Shown: piece after piece, positions 55,901-64,000 of the stretch
Layout of the letters: each line of letters begins with the position of its first letter
Numbering within the stretch: the first letter of the stretch is position 1
Origin: Eledone cirrhosa
Lineage: Eukaryota
NCBI GenBank assembly: GCA_964016885.1
Contig: OZ024741.1
Location: forward strand, 362,266,001-362,330,000
DNA length: 64,000 nucleotides
Direction of reading: 5' to 3'
Position numbers and translations under genes: made by a program
The notes under the pieces: model-generated
What the model was told of the DNA's origin: nothing
Database searches by the model: none
Seen by the model: only the letters and a program-made list of their open reading frames with translations

Positions 55901-58224
55901 TATTTTTCTCGATTCTTCTCTCCATTCGAATCCATTCATTCAATCACTATTCTATGTCCTAATTTCACACTATATCATATTTTCACCATTCTATATCATA
56001 TTTTTTCTCTAAAAATCATATTTTCCCTATCACAGCACTTTCTCTATCGTATTTTCTTAAACAAGATAAATCTTGTATTTTCGTTTATTGTTAAATTATG
56101 CCCAAAATACGGCGATCTTATCTTAAACCTTACATTCTCGCTTAATTCTGTCATATTTTCATATTCTGTCGTATTTTCATAACAAAAACAAATCACTATT
56201 ATATATTCCTTTAAATATATTTTGTTAAACTTGCTAAGTTCTACGCAAAACTTCTAGTACCTATTTAAACACTTAACCTCTGCTCCATCCCATCTTCTAC
56301 CCCCTACCCATACATCATGCTGATTCCTGCCCCCCCCCCCCATCCCTCTCTATACATATAAGATAAACCCTACCAAAATTAATCACAATCGCCAACTCGC
56401 TATTTCTGGGATGGCTGTTCTTGCGGTATAAAGTAACGTTCAAATATTTTTCTCGATTCTTCTCTCCATTCGAATCCATTCATTCAATCACTATTCTATG
56501 TCATAATTTCACACTATATCATATTTTCACCATTCTATATCATATTTTTTCTCTAAAAATCATATTTTCCCTATCACCGCATTTTCTCTATCGTATTTTC
56601 TTAAACAAAACAAATCTTGTATTTTCGTTTATTGTTAAATTATGCCCAAAATACGGCGATCTTATCTTAAACCTTACATTCTCGCTTAATTCTGTCATAT
56701 TTTCATATTCTGTCGTATTTTCATAACAAAAACAAATCACTATTATATATTCCTTTCAATATATTTTGTTAAACTTGCTAAGTTCTACGCAAAACTTCTA
56801 GTACCTATTTAAACTCTTAACCTCTTCTCCATCCCATCTTCTACCCCCTACCCATACATCATGCTGGTTCCTGCCTCCCCCATCCCTCTCTATACATATA
56901 AGATAAACCCTACCAAAATTAATCACAATCGCCAACTCGCTATTTCTGGTCAATCACTATTCTATGTCCTAATTTCACACTATATCATATTTTCACCATT
57001 CTATATCATTTTTTTTCTCTAAAAATCATATTTTCCCTATCACCGCATTTTCTCTATCGTATTTTCTTAAACAAGACAAATCTTGTATTTTCGTTTATTG
57101 TTAAATGATGCCCAAAATACGGCGATCTTATCTTAAACCTTACATTCTCGCTTAATTCTGTCATATTTTCATATTCTGTCGTATTTTCATAACAAAAACA
57201 AATCACTATTATATATTCCTTTAAATATATTTTGTTAAACTTGCTAAGTTCTACGCAAAACTTCTAGTACCTATTTAAAGTCTTAACCTCTGCTCCATCC
57301 CATCTTCTACCCCCTACCCATACATCATGCTGGTTCCTGCGCCCCCCCCCCCCATCCCTCTCTATACATATAAGATAAACCCTACCAAAATTAATCACAA
57401 TCGCCAACTCGCTATTTCTGGGATGGCTGTTCTTGCGGTATAAAGTAACGTTCAAATATTTTTCTCGATTCTTCTCTCCATTCGAATCCATTCATTCAAT
57501 CACTATTCGATGTCCTAATTTCACACTATATCATATTTTCACCATTCTATATCATATTTTTTCTCTAAAAATCATATTTTCCCTATCACCGCATTTTCTC
57601 TATCGTATTTTCTTAAACAAAACAAATCTTGTATTTTCGTTTATTGTTAAATTATGCCCAAAATACGGCGATCTTATCTTAAACCTTACATTCTCGCTTA
57701 ATTCTGTCATATTTTCATATTCTGTCGTATTTTCATAACAAAAACAAATCACTATTATATATTCCTTTAAATATATTTTGTTAAACTTGCTAAGTTCTAC
57801 GCAAAACTTCTAGTACCTATTTAAACTCTTAACCTCTGCTCCATCCCATCTTCTACCCCTTACCCATACATCATGCTGGTTCCTGCCCCCCCCCCCCATC
57901 CTTCTCTATACATATAAGATAAACCCTACCAAAATTAATCACAATCGCCAACTCGCTATTTCTGGTTCAATCACTATTCTATGTCCTAATTTCACACTAT
58001 ATCATATTTTCACCATTCTATATCATATTTTTTCTCTAAAAATCATATTTTCCCTATCACCGCATTTTCTCTATCGTATTTTCTTAAACAAAACAAATCT
58101 TGTATTTTCGTTTATTGTTAAATTATGCCCAAAATACGGCGATCTTATCTTAAACCTTACATTCTCGCTTAATTCTGTCATATTTTCATATTCTGTCGTA
58201 TTTTCATAACAAAAACAAATCACT

Positions 58225-58409
58225 CGGTGGATTGGCAGTATCAGTAGAGGGTCGGACAATATGCTTTGTAGCACAGAGTTACGCCCCTTTCTGATCTGAG
58301 TTCAAATCCCGCCGAGGTTAACTTTGCCTTTCATCCTTACGGGGTCGATAAAATAAAGTACCAGTAATGTACTGGGTAATTGCTGGCCTTGTGCCAAAAG
58401 TAGAAACAA
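58225..58409 (+). mobile_element. SINE family A in satellite (copy 4)
   Basis: Same sequence and site; 8461 bp after copy 3. Confidence 0.93.
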
Positions 58410-59363
58410 CTATTATATATTCCTTTAAATATATTTTGTTAAACTTGCTAAGTTCTACGCAAAACTTCTAGTACCTATTTAAACTCTTAACCTCTGCTCC
58501 ATCCCATCTTCTACCCCCTACCCATACATCATGCTGGTTCCTGCCCCCCCCCCCCCCCCCCCCACCTCCCATGCCTCTCTATACATATAAGATAAACCCT
58601 ACCAAAATTAATCACAATCGCCAACTCGCTATTTCTGGGATGGCTGTTCTTGCGGTATAAAGTAACGTTCAAATATTTTTCTCGATTCTTCTCTCCATTC
58701 GAATCCATTCATTCAATCAATATTCTATGTCCTAATTTCACACTATATCATATTTTTTCTCTAAAAATCATATTTTCCCTATCACCGCACTTTCTCTATC
58801 GTATTTTCTTAAACAAAACAAATCTTGTATTTTCGTTTATTGTTAAATTATGCCCAAAATACGGCAATCTTATCTTAAACCTTACATTCTCGCTTAATTC
58901 TGTCATATTTTCATATTCTGTCGTATTTTCATAACAAAAACAAATCACTATTATATATTCCTTTAAATATATTTTGTTAAACTTGCTAAGTTCTACGCAA
59001 AACTTCTAGTACCTATTTAAACACTTAACCTCTGCTCCATCCCATCTTCTACCCCCTACCCATACATCATGCTGGTTCCTGCCCCCCCCCCCCATCCCTC
59101 TCTATACATATAAGATAAACCCTACCAAAATTAATCACAATCGCCAACTCGCTATTTCTGGTTCAATCACTATTCTATGTCCTAATTTCACACTATATCA
59201 TATTTTCACCATTCTATATCATATTTTTCCTCTAAAAATCATATTTTCCCTATCACCGCATTTTCTCTATCGTATTTTCTTAAACAAAACAAATCTTGTA
59301 TTTTCGTTTATTGTTAAATTATGCCCAAAATACGGCGATCTTATCTTAAACCTTACATTCTCG

Positions 59364-60736
59364 ATAACAACCCATCATCCCACCCACCCGCCCCCACGCA
59401 CCACCAATATTACGTGGACCAATCATAAGTAGAGGCCCATACTATCGCTTAACTGGTTGCTTTTCGATATGATGGATGGACTACGGAATTCTGGAGAGTT
59501 GAAGATAGAAAAATGTGGACGCTCAGCGACAATGCCAAAGATAAAGACAAATTCACCTCGTGGACGAGAATGCAAGCACTCCGCCTTGTTTCGGCCCAGG
59601 ATGGCTAACATAACCCCCCCCCCCCCCCCCACCCCCGCGCCCCACCGCTCCCACCCTCCAAACGCAATCCAAAACTTAAGAGTTGGTACCATGAATGTAG
59701 GCACCTTAAAGGGTCGCTCTAACGAGGTTGTAGAAATGCTTGAACGTAAGGAGGTCGATGTTTGTTGTATTCAAGAGACCAGGTGGAGGGGAGGGTCGGC
59801 TAGATTCATCGTGGGTAAAGAACGATGCTATAAGCTTTTCTGGGTGGGAAATGACAATGGGTTGGGTGGGGTAGGAATCATGGTAGCAGAAAAGTGGGCA
59901 GATAAGATAATAGACGTAAATAGAGTGAACGACAGAATAATTAAAATAAGACTTGTCCTCAATAAAACTACGGTGACAGTAATATCTGCGTACGCACCAC
60001 AATCCGGACTGCCCGGTGCTATAAAAGACAGATTCTACGAGACACTGATGCTCGCTACCTCCCAAATAACCGACAGTGACTATATAGTTATTGCAGGCGA
60101 CCTAAATGGTCACGTTGGACAACATTGTGACGGCTATGACGGAATCCATGGAGGCTATGGGTTCGGTACTAGAAATGAGGAAGGCTCCAGAATCCTGGAA
60201 TTCTGCGACGCAAATAACTTAACTATCTGTAACACTAACTTCAAAAAACGAGACAATCACTTGATCACCTATAGATCGGGGGAACACACAAGCCAGGTAG
60301 ATTATATCCTTACCAGAAGACGTGACAGAGTGTCTGTTGTTAACACTAAATCCCTCCCCCATGAAGAATTCACCTCCCAACATAGACTGATAATTAGCGA
60401 CCTCATAGTCAGGACGAGACGTACTAGACAGCGGAAGAGGACTATCCTCAGGAGAAAAATATGGAAGCTAAAGGACCCCATAGCCAGAAATAAATTTCAA
60501 AGCATATTACTTGACGCTTTCGACAGTAAGGAAGAGCAATTAGAGTCGTATAATATAGAGGAACAGTGGGAATTCCTGAGAGCAAACCTGCTGACGGCGG
60601 CAGACGAAGTCTGTGGCTGGAGCAGGCCTGTAGGTAGGAGGAGAGTAACATGGTGGTGGAACAGTAAGGTGGAGGAGTCAATTAAGGCCAAAAAGCAGGC
60701 TTGGAAAGCATGGCGGGATGGGGGAAGTAGAGAAGA
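59364..60736 (+). mobile_element. RTE-clade LINE, 5' portion (UTR plus intact APE endonuclease ORF), truncated before RT
   Basis: 430 aa ORF: LRVGTMNVGTL, DVCCIQETRW, GGVGIMV, ISAYAPQ, IAGDLNGHVG, NTNFKK...ITYRSG...SQVDYIL, SQHRLII, TWWWN; breaks off at SREE. Confidence 0.92.
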
Positions 60737-61499
60737 AATGCCGCATTAGCTAATACAACATCTCTAGCTGAAATAATTAATAATTATGGAAAGAGGAATA
60801 TAGATTATGACCTGACCTGGAGTGTGCTCAAAAGGGTCACCCCTTATCAAAATAATAGATATGAATGTAGATTGTGTTCCCAAGAACTTTTTGAAATAAT
60901 GAAATCTAAGGATATCCTATTAAATAAGCGACAGGAATTAATAATATCGTGTAATCATAAACTGAGAAAAACCTTTAAATATTATAAACCTAATTAATAT
61001 ACATTTTAGAAATTAATATAAAAACTTTTTTTAATTTAGTTAACCTATAATTAATATTCTACTACTGATGAACTACATAATTTTACTTTCCTTCTTACAA
61101 CTATCTTTTCCTAAAATTGCTATCATTAAGTAAACATATATAATGTTTTAATTTCAGGTTATGATTCTATGTTCCTTGAAATCTCTATATATTTATTATT
61201 TCTCACTAATAAATTTAACCCCCCCCCCCCCAATAATTATATATATATATTTTTTTAATTTCCCTCGTCTTTAACAGCACTCTTCAATTACATCTAACTC
61301 TTATTTATCATATCTATATGCATTAATATAATTCTATCAATATAAATATACCCATCAATTAAATTAATTTATATTCTTTTCATAGATGTAAATTCCATAT
61401 ATTTTTTTCACTAACACTTTTATCGTAAAATTTTAGTCTCCTTAGATATTTACATTGGCATTATTCTTTTATAACAGCAACTTTTCGTGTACCTTTTAC

Positions 61500-61967
61500 T
61501 GACCTATTTTCACCCCTAGAATAACCTTTTCATTCTTCATACTCCTTCCATTCAAAACTGAAATCTGCCTTCTTCTACCCCTAAAATAAACTTCCATTAC
61601 TACTATTTTACCATTTGGCCAATTATAACCTTCTATTGGTCAATTCAAAACCTGTTCCCAAACAGACCTATTATATTAAATCTTTGTTGGTTTTATTCAA
61701 TGAACAAATATAATTATTTCTGAGGTCAGCATATGACCTATTTTCATCCCTAAAATAATCTTTCATTCATAATATTCTTTCCATCCAAAACTGAAATCTA
61801 CCTTCCTATACCCATAAATTAAGGTTCTTTTACTGCTATTTTACCAACTTGACCTTCACTATCTTTCTATTGGTCAATTCAAAACCTGTTCCCAAACAGA
61901 CCTATTGTATTAAATCTTTGTTGGTTTTTTTCAATAAACAAATATCATTATTTCTGAAGACAGCATA
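61500..61967. repeat. Diverged tandem duplication, ~235 bp unit, 2 copies
   Basis: TGACCTATTTTCA...CAAAACTGAAATCT...TTCTATTGGTCAATTCAAAACCTGTTCC...TTTCTGA repeated at ~61500 and ~61734. Confidence 0.9.
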
Positions 61968-62082
61968 TATATGTGTAGGTATGTATATTCCCTCTGATAG
62001 TTTGTAAAAATTTTACATAGATCTATAGGATATGCATACCAACACTAACATATATATCCTAGAAACGATCGTAAAATGATGA
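61945..62082 (+). ncRNA. Type I hammerhead ribozyme with long stem II
   Basis: Stem I tcattattt/aaatgatga; CTGAAGA (61954-61960); stem II atatatatgt/acatatatat extended by ggtatgtatat/atatgcatacc; GAAAC-gatc-GTA (62062-62073). Confidence 0.8.
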
Positions 62083-62262
62083 ATTTTTTAATATAAGGAA
62101 CTGTTTCTTTGTTTATTCATTATTTTATTAATTTATCTTGACTCTGTTTTCCGTTATTTTTCACCGAAAAAATTTTTTGAATACATCTTCTCTTTTCATG
62201 ATATTCGGATTACATTGAGTTCTTCATACGGATTGGACACTACCGTACTTTTTGGTAGATTT

Positions 62263-63130
62263 ATCTACATATATATATATATATATATATAAAGCAGAGG
62301 ATGTCTATCTGTGTGTCTGTTTCCCTAAAACTCGACAAGTACGCAACCGTTTCTTTTCAAACTTTACACATGTAACGCGTATGGCCCCGGAAGTGTTTTG
62401 AGCAAAAGAAATTTCAAATTATTCTGACCTAGGGATCGAATTGAAGTGGCCAATGTCTGTACATAATGAGGGAGTGAGAGGGGGGAGAAAGAAACGGAGA
62501 GGCGAAGTGAAGAAGTGGCTCTCTACTCCTCCTTCTCCACATTCATCACAGCGTTTTTTGATAGAGGGGAGAAATGTGAACGAGTTACAGAGAGAAAGAG
62601 TGAGAGTGGAAGAAACAGACAGACTAAAAGAGGGGGATAGCGGGAGAGAGAGAGAGAGTGACAGGCACCGTCTTTTGAGAATTGTATGCGTCAAAGATAC
62701 ATGACAGTGGAATAACTATTGTGTATGCATGTACATGCACGCGCGTGTGTGTGAGTTTGTGTGCGTTTGCATGCGTGAGTGTGTATGTGTGCGTGAGTGA
62801 TTATAAACTCTATCACATGGTCTGATGGAATTAACCCTTTAGTATTTACATTACTCTATATATACTCTATTATTTTCATGGTAAAGGCTTTATCTCACAT
62901 AATATAAAAATCTCATAGATTTAAAATTATTTATTTTGAGAACAATACCTTAACCCTTTAGTATTAATGTGAGTGAGTTATAAAGAGAAAGAGTGAGAGT
63001 GAAAGAAACAGACAGACTAAAAGAGGGGGTAGCGGGAGAGAGAGAGAGAGAAAGTGAGATGCTGGAAGAGAGGAAGGAAAGCTATATGTCTTGCTGTCTG
63101 CATTACGATACATATATATACACACACACA
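62263..63130 (+). mobile_element. Helitron-like non-autonomous element, 5' part; right boundary uncertain
   Basis: TCTAC(AT)n AAAGCAGAGGATGTCT...CTAAAACTCGA...TTTTCAAACTTTACACATGTAA matches the 3602 element; AATGAGGGAGTGAGAGGGG segment shared with ~8030. Confidence 0.55.
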
Positions 63131-63132
63131 CA

Positions 63133-63428
63133 CTGATCGCGCCATAATGAGGTAATGCAGACAGCCAGACCTACAGACAGATATTATAAGGGCACAACGT
63201 TATATCTATGTATCTATCTAAAAAGAAAGACTAAGAATTATAGAGAGAGATCGTAAATCGCCTAATGCGGTCCCTAGGGCATAGAAAATTTGAAATATTC
63301 TTTGCTCAAAACACTCACAGGATCATAAGTATGACATGTGTAAAGTTTGAAAACAATCGGTTGGGTGGTTCTCAAGTTTTAGTGAGCTGACAGACAGACA
63401 GACATTCTCTGTTTTCGATATATAGATA
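63133..63428 (-). mobile_element. Helitron-like element 5' part, inverted copy
   Basis: Reverse complement of 63735-64000 and homologous to 3602-3780. Confidence 0.7.
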
Positions 63429-63440
63429 TATATATATAAT

Positions 63441-63588
63441 TATATATTCGTGTACAGATATTTTTGCATACACAATAACAAAATATAAATAAACGCATTT
63501 ATTTCACGAGGCTCAATAAGGATAAATATATATCAAATACATAAGAACCCTAGAGCAAATCCCGAGTAACGCCGGGCCATTCTGCTAG
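63441..63588 (+). mobile_element. Helitron 3' end fragment
   Basis: Near-identical to 3456-3601; CCCGAGTAACGCCGGG hairpin plus CTAG. Confidence 0.7.
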
Positions 63589-63734
63589 TATATAATAAAA
63601 GTGGATTAAAATAGAATTTATTTTAATCATATTATGCCATAAATCAGCTTAAATATGCTTTATACAGGCTAAAATCCGTATTTTGCAGAACATTATTTAT
63701 TCAAAATTGTATTTAAGCTCAATACTTAAGTATA

Positions 63735-64000
63735 TCTATATATCTAAAACAGAGAATGTCTGTCTGTCTGCTCACTAAAACTCGAGAATCACCCAACCTA
63801 TTGTTTTCAAACTTTACACATGTAATACTTATGGTCCTGTGAGTGTTTTCAGCAAAAATGCCCTAGGTGAAATGCATTAGGCGATTTAGCAATCTCTCTA
63901 TAATTCTTAGTCTTTCTCTTTTTAGATAGCTACTTACGTTGTGCCCTTATAATATATGTCTGTATGTCTGGCTGTCTTCATTACGGCATTATGACGTCGC
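63735..64000 (+). mobile_element. Helitron-like element 5' part, continuing past the right edge
   Basis: TCTATATATCTAAAACAGAGAATGTCTGTCTGTCTG..., same family as 3602. Confidence 0.7.

Larger units (their letters stand above)
21253..59363. repeat. ~38 kb tandem satellite array, about 73 monomers (43 long ~546 bp, 30 short ~470 bp), with higher-order repeats
   Basis: Near-identical monomers head to tail. The long type carries an extra ~75 bp (GATGGCTGTTCTTGCGG...GAATCCATTCA). Each monomer has a variable poly-C tract. Counts are manual, from the sequence and ORF track. Confidence 0.98.
60737..62160 (+). mobile_element. Penelope-like element 3' end: C-terminal GIY-YIG domain remnant (60737-60997), AT-rich UTR and hammerhead
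   Basis: Translates NTTSLAEII...DLTWSVLKRVTPY...ECRLCSQELFEI...LLNKRQELIISCNHK...*, matching the T.L...W.IL...Y...CxLC..E..I...LLNKR.E...C.H tail of PLE endonucleases (Hydra-type, inferred). 3' boundary approximate. Confidence 0.78.

Noticed and set aside
21784-58934. Dozens of 94-116 aa plus-strand ORFs (MRYKVTFKYF...) suggesting a tandem gene array
   Set aside because: Most start at TTG, are F/I/L/S-rich as expected from T-rich DNA, and have no recognisable domain; the ATG-started versions depend on poly-C length. By-product of the satellite.
21253-59363. Array as a CRISPR locus, retrozyme, or rRNA/snRNA/tRNA tandem cluster
   Set aside because: No unique spacers, no hammerhead boxes found in the monomer on either strand, and no recognisable structural RNA.
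62100-62260. Candidate upstream P450 exon on the minus strand
   Set aside because: Stops in all three frames and no G/H-helix (DFID-like) similarity.

Overview
AT-rich, microsatellite- and transposon-dense animal genomic DNA. The SINE and (TA)n landscape resembles octopus or other cephalopod genomes, which is an inference. The only host gene I can support is a clan-2-type cytochrome P450 on the minus strand. Its last four exons (20163-20027, 18408-18312, 16774-16568, 14976-14798) splice in frame and carry the I-helix, ExxR, PxRW and heme FxxGxRxCxG motifs. I found no upstream exon in the window, so the preceding intron appears to be >43 kb. Most of it is a ~38 kb tandem array (21253-59363) of about 73 monomers of ~470 and ~546 bp, with nested higher-order repeats (3-, 9-, 11/12- and 16-mers) marked by a SINE that was amplified with the array. 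The rest is mobile DNA: an open-frame CR1-like LINE, two RTE endonuclease fragments, two R4/Dong-like fragments ending in (TAA)n, Penelope-like 3' ends with hammerhead ribozymes, non-autonomous Helitrons (one exact CTAG|TC head-to-tail junction), a Tc1/mariner end, tRNA-derived SINEs and long palindromes. The many ORFs in the array and in microsatellites are judged spurious.
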